Source: Pseudomonadota bacterium (lineage in GTDB: Bacteria > Myxococcota > JACRCW01 > JAFGSX01). From it: a stretch of DNA of 64,000 nt. Position 1 is the stretch's first letter. Each line of letters starts with the position of its first letter. The stretch covers positions 1-64,000 of the forward strand of contig JBDRCO010000051.1 of assembly GCA_043821645.1 (NCBI GenBank). Direction: 5' to 3'. Positions 10,401 to 19,584 of this stretch are shown here, piece after piece. Made by a program: the position numbers and the translations under genes. The notes below the pieces were generated by a model that saw only the letters and a list, made by a program, of their open reading frames with translations, did no database searches and was not told the DNA's origin.

Positions 10401-12876
10401 GGTGGAAGTGGTCCTCGCCCCGGCGGCTCCCGCCGTGCCACAGGTGCTGGCGCGCACCACCACGACACTGCAAATCCAGCACGACCTGAGCGCCGACACC
10501 AACCCGGCCGCGGTCGAGTACGCCCTGACCGTCGACGGCCGGTACCTGCGGCCCGACGGATCGCTCCAGGGCACGACTCCTGACAACCAAGCCTTTGTGC
10601 CGCGCAGCAGCCTGGCACCGATCACAGCCAGCGGGCTCAGCGGAGCCACCCTTTATGATCTGCGCAGCGTGGTGCGCGGTGTCGACGGCATCCTGGTGCA
10701 GAGTTCGCCCCGTTCCGAGGCGACCCAGCCATACACGCCGACCAGCCTGGCTGTGACCACGGGCACGGATCCCGCGCGCCACCTCGCCCTCACCTGGCTC
10801 GCCGCGGGAAACCCGGCCGGCACGCACTACCTGATCGAGAGTCACAGCGGCAGTGGCAACTTCGCGCGCGTCGCCGACACCACGGCACTGACCTGGGTCG
10901 ACGGGCTGGCCACGGAACTCTCGCCAGGCGTCACCTACACCTACCAGGTCATGGCCCAGATGCATGGCCAGGCCAGTGCTGCCTCCACGGCGCGCAGTGA
11001 CACCACCTGGGCCATCGCCCCCGACATCCCGGTGGTGACAATCCCCGGCAGCGGGGACGCCACCAGCCTGGACCTGGGTCTACCGCTGGACGACAACGAC
11101 GCCAGCGTGCGCTATGGCATCCTGGTGACGACGGGCGGTACCACACAGGGTGTGCGCCAGGTGGGCAGTGTCGAGTCCTTGACGGCGCAGCCAGAGTACC
11201 GCCTGCGCAGCGAGTGGGGCAGCGTCACCCTCACTGGATTGTTGCCCAATACCCCGTACGAGGTGTGGCTACGAGCGCGCAACACGGCTCTGGATCCAGA
11301 TCAGGATGGATCGCCAAGCCTGCGCGTCAGCGCGGCCACACCCCCGGCCTCGCTCAATGCCAGTCCGACTCAGATACAGGTCAGCTTGAGCTGGCCTGCC
11401 AGCGCGGCGTCCAGGTACCGCCTGCTCCGTGGCGTCGGCAGCTGTGCCTCGCCGGCGCAGATCTTCGAGGGTGCGGGTCTCGCTCACCTCGACACCGCGG
11501 TGCAGCCAGGGACGACCTACTGCTACCAGGTGCATGGCATCAACAGTGATACACCTGCGGCACTGACCGTGGGCAACGCCTCCGCCTCCATCACCACCGT
11601 GTCGGCTGCGCCACTGGCCCCGGTGGATCTCGTCGTCACCAACACCGCCAGCGCCCAGAATGCCGCCGTCAGCGACAGTCCCATCAACGTCTTGACCCCT
11701 CACTTCTCGGCGCGGCACCAGGATCAGGCCTCACCCACGACCGCCACCCGGGTGCGCCTGCGCGTGCGCGGCAGCGGCGCGGTCCTGGTGTACGACGCCT
11801 GGCAGGACCTGGCGCCGGCCCTGGCCGCGGGCAGCAAGGTTCCCGACCTGGTGCTGCCCTACCTGATCCAGCCCCTGCCCTTCTCCTTTGCCACCGGTGT
11901 CTCCGCTGCCAGTGCCAGCGTCGGCGGCGACCTCGTCGCGCTCGAGGGCGGGTCCACCGCCGTGCATCGTCTGGACCTCGCATCCAACCAATGGGATCCC
12001 GCAGCGCTGGCGCTGCCGGCACTCCCCGTGGCGTCGGGAGCCGGCGCAGCCGTCGTGTACCACAGCGTCAACAACACCCTGTACGCCATGCCCGGCGGGA
12101 CCAGCAGCGCGGTGTACAGGCTCATCGTCGGTGGTGGAGCCTGGACCGCCCTGACCGGCCCGTGCGGCGCCATCAACGGCTCGGCCGCCATGGCCGTCGC
12201 CGATGTCGCGGGCGCCGTCCACCTGTTCATCTACCCTGGCACGGGCACCGCGCTGTGGGTCTACAACGTGACGTCGGGGGCGCGCGACTGCACAGGCATC
12301 ACCCTGCCCTGGGCCCTTGGTGTCGGCTGTGGCCTGGCTGCGACCTCGAACAGCCTGTTCGTGGTGCGCGGCGGCAACCAGCGCAACCTCATCGCCACCA
12401 GCCTGGCCGGCATCAGCGTTGCCACCCCGACCTACAACGCATGGATGCATCATCCGAGCGGCGTCGACCTTCCGGTGCTCCAAGGAGGCAGCGTGGCCAG
12501 GACCGGAAACCTGAGTCTGGTCGTGGGCACAGGCAACAACAACCCGACCGCTCTGTATCGCTACGACTTCAGCGCTGGCCTGCCGGCCTCAGGCAGCTTC
12601 ACACACCTCGCGGACCAGTCCGCGCGATCCAACACCTTCCAGGGCAACCGGCTCGTTCACGAGACCGGCAGCAACACGCTCTACGTGCTGCGAGGCAACG
12701 GGCAAGAGATCTGGTACTTCGATCAGACCTCTCAGACCCTGCAGGGCTATCCCGGTGCGAGCCGCAGCGCGATCATCCTCGACACCCGGCAGCATGACTT
12801 CAGCATGGCTTTCGAGGACACGGACGGCGTCGGCGCCCTGGCCCCGGTGCAGACTTTCTCCACCGCCGCCCCCTGA
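7450..12876 (+). CDS. Giant surface lipoprotein: Ig-like domains, tandem fibronectin type III repeats, C-terminal Kelch-like beta-propeller (about 1800 aa)
   Basis: GTG start, lipobox LASC; repeated GLTPxxxY/YxYRVRA FN3 signatures; aromatic-rich propeller repeats (LYAMPGG, LFVVRGG, LYVLRGN). Confidence 0.85.
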   Translation: MRTLPSPLLGVLVAAMLASCDRPVFVEETREIQVSVLEPGDGSLLPLSSETRVVVEARSTDAVVEALEISLVAASCSSGQACPRLDLYHHGSAVAQGRSEFCLTTRLAPPEICADEASRLDVTGLAQGQGLVLRARAQVRASTSHLGQSGKITLLLSDDRAPLVSLESAVPSDDGHYGPGDRIVTALRVTDEQSGVGRVLVRTRGLGGHADAEQAWIIPVGASTVRGTVTVAVPGSFLCPGSFEIEAEVEDLADPPNSALVALGTGCVGACSDHTPPAFFNVVLDVPSTGRVPPFATSGDQLVLSFDLDDDVFQGGEPVVELVHDPPGLHPGDDKSSVITTWIHPDIQGGNDTVPGASYVYRYTVRGDEPPGRYKVRVTAIDPHCIAAVVQRDLLIDFTPGPTQLRVDPGQRGATFLRLEWDLPAGQPPPLHLSWQQHLGVPLPTSFVEVVPPPLLSPYIHSGLTPASQYAYRLVAESAVTPGLFTAVTGLDRVCTLPAPPALTLQRSTQVSLELDSQLGSNPPATPLDLYRCGGIGCGSASCTVDTASCVTIENNVQGARNLDGLLPSTCYAAVLVARGCDSDEARATVCARTQDAIPPPNWIQVADRTLDSVTFEWQRVVGSAQDAVTAYVVADAADLELANVPQVAEGQIPRHSVGGLRPGQATAVKVRVLRESGGEGSFSPLTGGHALAASPGGVSGSAQSPDTIALSFDTGLNGGECNTRYRVVDGQSGEVLQLDGSLGTTEVFATVNACAGGFGSNLVVHGLTPDSDHVFVLTARNGDGVLSAPSANSPTLVTWAHRADPPAVSSDLQGAVQVVFDASGNPPRSEFAILVGARYLDLSGIIVDSAAFGTRAQWNAGTGVLIQDLTPDTIHEIRLLVRNAAGVETAASLPGSARTAPAVPENLTAQATGVGSLQLQFNRGRNPVSTEYQVEQVLPGAANLGQSANTTIPVTALSPSERYSYRVRAVGGDGVQFSAWVGPVEVVLAPAAPAVPQVLARTTTTLQIQHDLSADTNPAAVEYALTVDGRYLRPDGSLQGTTPDNQAFVPRSSLAPITASGLSGATLYDLRSVVRGVDGILVQSSPRSEATQPYTPTSLAVTTGTDPARHLALTWLAAGNPAGTHYLIESHSGSGNFARVADTTALTWVDGLATELSPGVTYTYQVMAQMHGQASAASTARSDTTWAIAPDIPVVTIPGSGDATSLDLGLPLDDNDASVRYGILVTTGGTTQGVRQVGSVESLTAQPEYRLRSEWGSVTLTGLLPNTPYEVWLRARNTALDPDQDGSPSLRVSAATPPASLNASPTQIQVSLSWPASAASRYRLLRGVGSCASPAQIFEGAGLAHLDTAVQPGTTYCYQVHGINSDTPAALTVGNASASITTVSAAPLAPVDLVVTNTASAQNAAVSDSPINVLTPHFSARHQDQASPTTATRVRLRVRGSGAVLVYDAWQDLAPALAAGSKVPDLVLPYLIQPLPFSFATGVSAASASVGGDLVALEGGSTAVHRLDLASNQWDPAALALPALPVASGAGAAVVYHSVNNTLYAMPGGTSSAVYRLIVGGGAWTALTGPCGAINGSAAMAVADVAGAVHLFIYPGTGTALWVYNVTSGARDCTGITLPWALGVGCGLAATSNSLFVVRGGNQRNLIATSLAGISVATPTYNAWMHHPSGVDLPVLQGGSVARTGNLSLVVGTGNNNPTALYRYDFSAGLPASGSFTHLADQSARSNTFQGNRLVHETGSNTLYVLRGNGQEIWYFDQTSQTLQGYPGASRSAIILDTRQHDFSMAFEDTDGVGALAPVQTFSTAAP

Positions 12877-12900
12877 GCGGAGTTCAACGGTCTCGAGGAC

Positions 12901-14253
12901 TCAGGACAGAGCCGGCAACAGGCTCTGCACGGTGCGTCCGATCTGCGCCATCCAGTGGCTCGAATACACGTAGTTGACCATCATGCTGCACGCGGTCTCG
13001 ATGCCGCGCGCCGAGGTGTTGCCGGCAAAGTTGACGTCCGAAAGCTGGACCGAGGCTCCGTTGCCCAGATGAAAGTTGGCGACGGGATTGACGGGTTTGC
13101 CGCGGGCGTCCTTCTCCAGGGCCAGGTAGCGGTAGGTGATCTCGCACAGGGGCTGGCGCAGCAGGCGGGCAAAGGTCTCGTCGTGGATCCAACCAGGGTC
13201 CGACAGCACCTGGAGCAGGGTGGCGGGGGCATCTGCCGGGCGCGTGCCGTGCACGGTCTGGCAGCGCTCGGCCAGCGCGAGCTGCGTCTTGTCGCCGATG
13301 AGGTGTGCAAGGTCGCTCTTCTTCAGCGCGAAGGCCTCGTCGCGCCCCTCGAGGATGGGGCGCAGGTAGCTCTTCCACAGTCCGGGGATCGGGCTCAGGG
13401 TCGCGAAGGTCTTGATCCCAGGCACACTCTTCTTGAGCGCCTCGACGACCTGGAAGATGAGGATGGACCCCAGACCCAGACCCGAGAGCCCGTTCTGGGC
13501 GTTGTTGATCGAGTAGAAGATGGCGGTGTCGGGGGCGTTGCGCGCCGTTTGATCGGACTGCCTGTCGTCGAGAACCGAATGGATGGAACGCGCAAGGCCC
13601 CGGGTCAGAGCGACCTCGATGAACACCACTGGTTCCTCGGGCATCGCCCGGTGGTACAGCGCGAAACAACGTCGATCGCCGCCCATGCGCTCGGCCATCT
13701 CCTCGATGCGGGTCATGGGATGCACCAGCTCGTGCTGCAGCAGGAAATGGATCACCCGATAGGGCGAGTCCACGGTGACCTCACCCAGGAAGAGGAAGCC
13801 TTGCTGGAACCACGAGTTGAACAGATGGGCGATCTCCTCGTCGAGAGCATCGATGGCCGCTTCACTGCGTCGCTGGGCGGTCAGGATGTCGGCCCGCAGG
13901 TCCAGCAGAAACCGCATGCCGCCGGAGATGGCCAGGAAGCGCCGGAACACGCGCAACCGCGGGGACTCGAGCTGGCGCCGCAGGGCGCTGACGCGTCGAC
14001 TCCAGGACGCGGGATCGCCCTCGTCGTCGGCCACCCGCAGGGCCTCGAGGGCCTGCGCCACATCGGTGCGGCGCACCTCGAGACGTTCCAGCAAGGCCTC
14101 GAAGAGTTGCAGCTTCTCGTCGGGAGACAGGGCCTGGTAGCGATCCCGGAAGGCCCCGAGCACCTGCGCGTCGTCGCGATCCCCTTGCCGCGCACGCTCA
14201 AGCAATCCTCGTAGCTCCTCGATCTTCTTGCGCGCGTTGCGCGTGGTCTCCAT
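12901..14253 (-). CDS. Malonyl-CoA decarboxylase
   Basis: WFQQGFL, HELVHP, DRRCFAL, FIEVAL, AIFYSINN, FATLSPIPG, NPVANFHLGNGA and MVNYVY motifs. Confidence 0.93.
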   Translation of the reverse strand: METTRNARKKIEELRGLLERARQGDRDDAQVLGAFRDRYQALSPDEKLQLFEALLERLEVRRTDVAQALEALRVADDEGDPASWSRRVSALRRQLESPRLRVFRRFLAISGGMRFLLDLRADILTAQRRSEAAIDALDEEIAHLFNSWFQQGFLFLGEVTVDSPYRVIHFLLQHELVHPMTRIEEMAERMGGDRRCFALYHRAMPEEPVVFIEVALTRGLARSIHSVLDDRQSDQTARNAPDTAIFYSINNAQNGLSGLGLGSILIFQVVEALKKSVPGIKTFATLSPIPGLWKSYLRPILEGRDEAFALKKSDLAHLIGDKTQLALAERCQTVHGTRPADAPATLLQVLSDPGWIHDETFARLLRQPLCEITYRYLALEKDARGKPVNPVANFHLGNGASVQLSDVNFAGNTSARGIETACSMMVNYVYSSHWMAQIGRTVQSLLPALS

Positions 14254-14362
14254 GCGGCGCTCCGGTCGTGGGTGGTCTGGATCTTCTCCCGGGAAGGTCC
14301 CGTGAAGTCTCACCATAGCGCAGGTGCTGGCGACGAGGAATGTACGAGAGAAAAGGACCGCC

Positions 14363-15940
14363 TCAGTCCGGGGTCTTGTCGACGGGCGTGCCCGTGATCA
14401 CGGGCTCGGGACTGGAGCGTGGGCTTTCCCGCCGGCTCAGGCGCTCGGGGTCCAGCCCGAAACTACGGGCCACCGCAAGGACCTGGGCAATGGCGCTGCC
14501 GATCATCATCGACGGCCCGGCATCGTCTCCCCCGCCGAGGTGGGTGTAATGAACGGTCCCTATGCTCTGGGCAAAGGCCTCGGCGATGGCGGGCAAGCCC
14601 TTGCCTGCCAGCTCGGACAGCACGCGGTCGTCGGCCAGCAGGCGCTCGACCTCTGCGCGTCCCCGGGCGTGCTCGACGTCGACGCTGTGCTCGATGCGAC
14701 AGGTCGCTGCCTCCTGCCTTCGCAGGGTTGCATCCACGCGAGCCTCGGCGTCCCGGGCCGCCAGTTGACTCTCGAGCGTGAAGCGTTCGCGCTGGCGCTC
14801 CTGCTCCAGCCTCTGCACCGTCGCGATGTGCGCCTGCTCGGCAAGCTGGCTTTCTGCCGCCAGGGCGCGCAGCTCGGCGTCCGCCGCCCGACGCCGCTTT
14901 TCCTCGTCCGCGGCGATGTGCGCGAGTTCGCGCTGTCGCTCCTGCTCCTGGGCCAGGCGCTGCACTGCCTCGTTGCGCTCGGCGTGGCGCAGGGCCAGGG
15001 CCTCGTCGACCTCGATGCGCCGACGCTCGTGGGCCTCGCGCCGCTCCATCTCGGCAGCGACCACCTGGGCCCGAGCGTGCTCGGCGCGCATCTGCTCCGT
15101 GCTCTCGGCGAGGGCGGCCTCTGCCTCGGCGTGGGCGCGCAGCAGTCGCGTCTGGCGTGCGCTCTCGATCTCGGCCTCGGCGATGCGGCGCTGGTTGTCG
15201 GCCTGCCTCTCGGCCAGCTCGCGCTCACGATCCAGCTCGGCCCTCGCGGCGCGGGCTGACAGTTCCGCGCGATAGGCCGCCTGCATGTTGTTGAAGACCT
15301 GCTCGCTCTTAACCTTGACGTCCTGGATCTCGATGGTGTCGATGACCACACCCCAGCCTCTATCCGTGGTGTCCTCCGGTGATCCTCGGCCGCTGACCAC
15401 AGGTGCGATCTCCTGCATCAGGAAGGTCGCGATGGCTTCCTTGCGCTTCATCAGGCAGTCGTCGAGGGCGAGGTTGGCCACCAGGCGGCGCGCGGCTCCG
15501 ATGAACATCTCGCGCAGGGTCTCCCGCAACTTCTCACCAGCGCGCTCGCCGAAGCTGAAGTTGAGCACCTTGAACGCGATCTCGGGATCGGTGATGCGGT
15601 ACACCGCGATGCCAGTGACCTGGACCCCCACGCGCTCGCGCGTGATCTGATCGGCCACGAACTCCACCCGCTGCAGGGTCGTGGGCACGATGGACACGGA
15701 CTCCCAGGGCCACTTGAACACGCGGGCACCCTGGCCCGACGACCGGCGGTGGATCTTGCCGCGCTTGATGCAGATGAGGTACTCGCTGGGTTTGGCCGTG
15801 ACGAAGCCCCAGCGCTTGAGCTTTTCGGGATCCTCGACAGGCTTGCCAGCCCGCCACCCTCCCTCATAGCGGTCGACATTCTCGTCCTCGACCACGGTCA
15901 GGGTCGCATTGCTTTTCCTGCGGGCTGCGTTGAGCGACAT
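14363..15940 (-). CDS. SPFH/band-7 (flotillin-like) protein with long coiled coil
   Basis: ADQITRERVGVQVTGIAVYRI, WGVVIDTIEIQDV, then an A/E/R-rich coiled coil. AGGAGG RBS. Confidence 0.88.
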   Translation of the reverse strand: MSLNAARRKSNATLTVVEDENVDRYEGGWRAGKPVEDPEKLKRWGFVTAKPSEYLICIKRGKIHRRSSGQGARVFKWPWESVSIVPTTLQRVEFVADQITRERVGVQVTGIAVYRITDPEIAFKVLNFSFGERAGEKLRETLREMFIGAARRLVANLALDDCLMKRKEAIATFLMQEIAPVVSGRGSPEDTTDRGWGVVIDTIEIQDVKVKSEQVFNNMQAAYRAELSARAARAELDRERELAERQADNQRRIAEAEIESARQTRLLRAHAEAEAALAESTEQMRAEHARAQVVAAEMERREAHERRRIEVDEALALRHAERNEAVQRLAQEQERQRELAHIAADEEKRRRAADAELRALAAESQLAEQAHIATVQRLEQERQRERFTLESQLAARDAEARVDATLRRQEAATCRIEHSVDVEHARGRAEVERLLADDRVLSELAGKGLPAIAEAFAQSIGTVHYTHLGGGDDAGPSMMIGSAIAQVLAVARSFGLDPERLSRRESPRSSPEPVITGTPVDKTPD

Positions 15941-15983
15941 GGTTCCTCCTGGGTGCCCTGTGGCGGCACACAGCAGGAGGGGC

Positions 15984-16000
15984 TTCAAGGGCTGTGCCAA
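15984..16000 (-). promoter_or_regulatory. Putative sigma-54 promoter for the flotillin gene
   Basis: Minus strand TTGGCACAGCCCTTGAA matches TGGCAC-N5-TTGC with one mismatch at -12, about 44 bp upstream of the ATG. Confidence 0.55.
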
Positions 16001-16229
16001 GGACCCGGGGCCTGAAAAACTGCAGCGCGATGCCGTCGAGAAGAAGGGAGCAGACCTTCGTGCTTCACCGGCCCTGCGTCATCCTGGAACAGCCTGCATC
16101 AGCACGGGGCAGCGTGCGCGCGCTCACACTTGCGCGGATGCCGCGACCATCCATTCGCCGCGGCGTCAGGTAGTATAGGCAGGCTTCATGACGCGATCAG
16201 CGCCAGCGAGGCGTACGAGAAAGGACATC

Positions 16230-17051
16230 ATGCGGACAGCCATCCCGATTCCGCGCTTTCTGCTCTGTACTCTGACGATGCTGCTGCCCCTACACAGCGT
16301 CGCCTCGAGCCCGGCCACACAAGCTGCGCAGGACAAGCGACTGCTGGTCATGGAGCTGCAGTACGGCGGCGACGTGAAGGCCGACCTGGCCCACACCTTG
16401 ACCGAGCTGGTCACCATCAAGCTGTCGGACATGGGCACCTTCTACGTGATTTCAGGAAGCGAAATCACCCAGGTCGCAGTGCTCGAGAGCGAGAAGCAGA
16501 AGCTGGGCTGCGCCGAGAATTCGTGTCTGGCCGAGGTCGCCGAGGCCCTGGGCGCACGTTTCGTGGTGTTCGGGCGCGCGAGTACCCTGGGCGAGCTGTA
16601 CATCGTGCAGCTGCGTCTGTTCGACGCCAGGACGGCGCAGTTCATCGAGCGCGTCACCGTCGAGAGTCGCTCGGTCGAGGAGCTGACCCACAACCTGCCC
16701 GCCAGCCTGGACCAGCTGGTGGCACCCATCCTGGACCCCGGCGAGCACCGCGCCCTGGTGTCCCGACGCGCCGAGCAGGACGCCGCGGAGCCCGGTGTGA
16801 ATCCAGAACAGGACGGTGGCGCGCCTGTGCTGCTGATCGCAGGCCTCGGGGCCCTGGGCCTGGGGGCGGTGGCTGCGGTGGCGACGACGGGCGGGGCCAT
16901 CTACTTCAACAGCATCGTGGCCGACCCTGCGGGCACCGGGAAGACCGAGGCCCAGGCTTCGGGCACCGCCGTGCTCCTCGGAGGCGGCCTGTCCTCAGTG
17001 GCCTTGCTGGCCACGGGCGCGCTGCTCACCGGCCTCGGTCTGCTCGACTGA
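16230..17051 (+). CDS. Exported protein with a CxxxxC TolB-N/CsgG-like domain and C-terminal hydrophobic helices
   Basis: Signal peptide; VISGSEI...LGCAENSCLAEVAEALGARFVVFG; two C-terminal Gly/Ala-rich hydrophobic segments. Confidence 0.75.
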   Translation: MRTAIPIPRFLLCTLTMLLPLHSVASSPATQAAQDKRLLVMELQYGGDVKADLAHTLTELVTIKLSDMGTFYVISGSEITQVAVLESEKQKLGCAENSCLAEVAEALGARFVVFGRASTLGELYIVQLRLFDARTAQFIERVTVESRSVEELTHNLPASLDQLVAPILDPGEHRALVSRRAEQDAAEPGVNPEQDGGAPVLLIAGLGALGLGAVAAVATTGGAIYFNSIVADPAGTGKTEAQASGTAVLLGGGLSSVALLATGALLTGLGLLD

Positions 17052-17075
17052 GCGCATCCCTGAGGCGGAGGTTCC

Positions 17076-18371
17076 ATGACCAGACGACACCCCCTGATGC
17101 TCGTGCCCGTCCTGCTGTTCGCTGGCTGCCCGCTGCTCGGCATCGGTGCCACGCCCTGCGAGACCGACACCAACTGCCCCTCCGGCCAAATCTGCGGCGC
17201 CGACAAGACCTGTGTCGGGGGTGCGCGCGATGCCCAGGTGACCGGCGACGCCGCCGTCGACGCCGCGCAGGTGGACGGCGCCACCACCGACGGCGCGGCC
17301 AGTGACGCCAGCACCACCCCGGACGCCGGGCCGCTTGATACTGCGACCGCCGATACCGCGGTGGCCAGCGACGCCGCGGCAGACGCGGGTTCGGTGGACG
17401 CGCACGGCCCGGATGCCATGTCCGCCGACGCCACCGCCAGCGGTGACGCTGGAGCAGATGCAGGCTCGCGCTGCGAGAACCCGCCCTGCGTGCTCATGCC
17501 TGACTCCCCGACCCTGGTGTGCCGCGACAGCGACACCACCCTGGCCAGTTGCTCGACGCTGGCGAGCGACATGGACGGACAGGACGGCAACCTGCTGTGG
17601 CCGGCACCGAGTTACCTGGACCTCACCAATGGCGTGATCGATGACAGGATCAGCGGTCTGCAGTGGGAGCAGGCACTGGGCTCCGCGTCCCTGCGCAACG
17701 TCTCGGATGCCATCACCTACTGCGCGGGCCTGAGCCTGGGCAGCCAGGACGACTGGCGCCTGCCCAGCTTCACCGAGCTGATGACCCTGCTCGACCTGGG
17801 CAAGACCTACCCGGCTGCCATGCTGGACACGCTCATGTTCCCGGCGCCGGACAACCTGCCCTTCTGGAGCGCCAGCGGCTACAACGGCTACCACTGGACC
17901 CTGGACTTCTATTCCGGCACGCCGCACATCGATATCGACAGCCTGGGCTACGGCTCGGGCAACCAGGTGCGCTGCGTGCGTGGCGCGGCTCACGTCGGGG
18001 GCGACGTCCGCTTCACCGCGGGGACGTACATTGACAAACGAACGGGCATGCAGTGGCAGGCGCAGCCCGGGGTGGATCGCACCTGGCAGCAGGCCGCCGC
18101 GGACTGCGAGACCTTGAGCCTGGCCAGCCACGACGACTGGCGTTTGCCCACGCTCAAGGAGATGGACACCCTGGTCGACCGCAGCCGAGACCCGGGCAGC
18201 GATCCCTTTGCCTACCCGGCCATGGTCAACGACACGGCCAGCGCTGAGTTCTGGACCGCGACACCGCATCTGTCCGACTACGGCTTCTACGCGGTGCTGT
18301 TCCAGAGCGCCCAGTACACCAACCGCTACCGCAGCTCGACCAAGCGCGTGCGTTGCGTGCGCGGGCCGTGA
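17076..18371 (+). CDS. Lipoprotein with two DUF1566 (Lcl C-terminal, C-type-lectin-like) domains
   Basis: Lipobox FAGC, Cys-rich CETDTNCPSGQIC module, D/A/T-rich linker, GQDG motif, two DxxxGxQW...DDWRLP...FW...VRCVR domains. Confidence 0.88.
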   Translation: MTRRHPLMLVPVLLFAGCPLLGIGATPCETDTNCPSGQICGADKTCVGGARDAQVTGDAAVDAAQVDGATTDGAASDASTTPDAGPLDTATADTAVASDAAADAGSVDAHGPDAMSADATASGDAGADAGSRCENPPCVLMPDSPTLVCRDSDTTLASCSTLASDMDGQDGNLLWPAPSYLDLTNGVIDDRISGLQWEQALGSASLRNVSDAITYCAGLSLGSQDDWRLPSFTELMTLLDLGKTYPAAMLDTLMFPAPDNLPFWSASGYNGYHWTLDFYSGTPHIDIDSLGYGSGNQVRCVRGAAHVGGDVRFTAGTYIDKRTGMQWQAQPGVDRTWQQAAADCETLSLASHDDWRLPTLKEMDTLVDRSRDPGSDPFAYPAMVNDTASAEFWTATPHLSDYGFYAVLFQSAQYTNRYRSSTKRVRCVRGP

Positions 18372-18394
18372 CCGTGCCGATGCGAGGAGACCCC

Positions 18395-19567
18395 ATGCGC
18401 CTGGCGATCGTTCCCAGTCTGCTGTTGCTGGCGAGCTGCGAACTCCTCGGTCTGGGTGCGGTCCCCTGCGAGACCGACGACAACTGCCCCGAAGGACAGC
18501 ACTGCAGCACGCAGAAGGTCTGTCTCGACGGTGCAGCGTCGGACGCAGGGAGCCGCGATGTTGCAGCAGCGGATGCCGCGGGTGACGCAGCGAGCAGCGA
18601 TGCCAGCGCGGCAGATCAGGGAGCAGGCCAGGACGCAGCGAGCGGGAATGATGCCGGGACAGGGTGGGCGTGCGAGATGGCGCCGTGTATCCCCATGCCG
18701 GATTCGCGAACCCTGTTCTGCCGCCTCGGCGACACCGATGGACCGGACTCCTGCCCCGCGGTCGGAACCGAGATGTACGGCCAGGACGGCACCTACGATT
18801 TTCCGCGTCCGTCGTACCGTGACCTCGGCAATGGCGCGATCGAGGACCTGGTCACCGGCGTGCAATGGGAGCAGGTACCGCCGGGAGCAGCGGGCACCTA
18901 TGCCGCGGCCCAGACGCGCTGCGAGAACCTGAGTCTGGCGAGCCACGACGACTGGCGCCTTCCCACCACCGCCGAGGTGGTCGGCCTGCTCGACTTCGGG
19001 ACAAGCTCCGACGCCGTGGCGCTGGACCCGACCTTCTTCCCGGCCCCGTCGACCACCGGGGTGTGGACCACCGACGGATACAATGGTTTCCACTGGACCG
19101 TGAGCCAGCACCGAGGCGATCCCGTCATCCAGATGGACTCGGGGAGTTACAGCTACGAGTCGCGCTGCGCGCGGGGAGAGGTCGGCTGGCAGGGCAATCT
19201 GCGCTTCACCGCAGGCACATACGTGGACAGGCGCAGCGGTCTGCAGTGGCAGTCACAGCACACCGCGGATCAGAGCCTTCAGCAGGCCCTGGCCCTGTGC
19301 GAGGGATTGAGTCTGGCCAGTCATGACGACTGGCGGCTGCCCTCGCTCAAGGAGATGGAGACCCTGGTCGACCGCACCGATGCACACCAGTCCAGCCCGC
19401 AGACTTTTGCGGGTATCGTCGACAGCACCATCGCCAACGAGTACTGGACCTCGACGCCGGCCACGCCGCCACTGTACGGTTTCTACACGGTCTCCTTCGA
19501 CAACGGACGCCATCTGTCCCGCTACCGTTCCTCGTCGCACTATGTGCGCTGCGTGCGTGGCCCCTGA
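18395..19567 (+). CDS. Lipoprotein with two DUF1566 domains (paralogue of the preceding gene)
   Basis: GAGGAG RBS, lipobox LASC, same architecture, ends VRCVRGP. Confidence 0.88.
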   Translation: MRLAIVPSLLLLASCELLGLGAVPCETDDNCPEGQHCSTQKVCLDGAASDAGSRDVAAADAAGDAASSDASAADQGAGQDAASGNDAGTGWACEMAPCIPMPDSRTLFCRLGDTDGPDSCPAVGTEMYGQDGTYDFPRPSYRDLGNGAIEDLVTGVQWEQVPPGAAGTYAAAQTRCENLSLASHDDWRLPTTAEVVGLLDFGTSSDAVALDPTFFPAPSTTGVWTTDGYNGFHWTVSQHRGDPVIQMDSGSYSYESRCARGEVGWQGNLRFTAGTYVDRRSGLQWQSQHTADQSLQQALALCEGLSLASHDDWRLPSLKEMETLVDRTDAHQSSPQTFAGIVDSTIANEYWTSTPATPPLYGFYTVSFDNGRHLSRYRSSSHYVRCVRGP

Positions 19568-19584
19568 GCCAGGAACGCCAGGCG

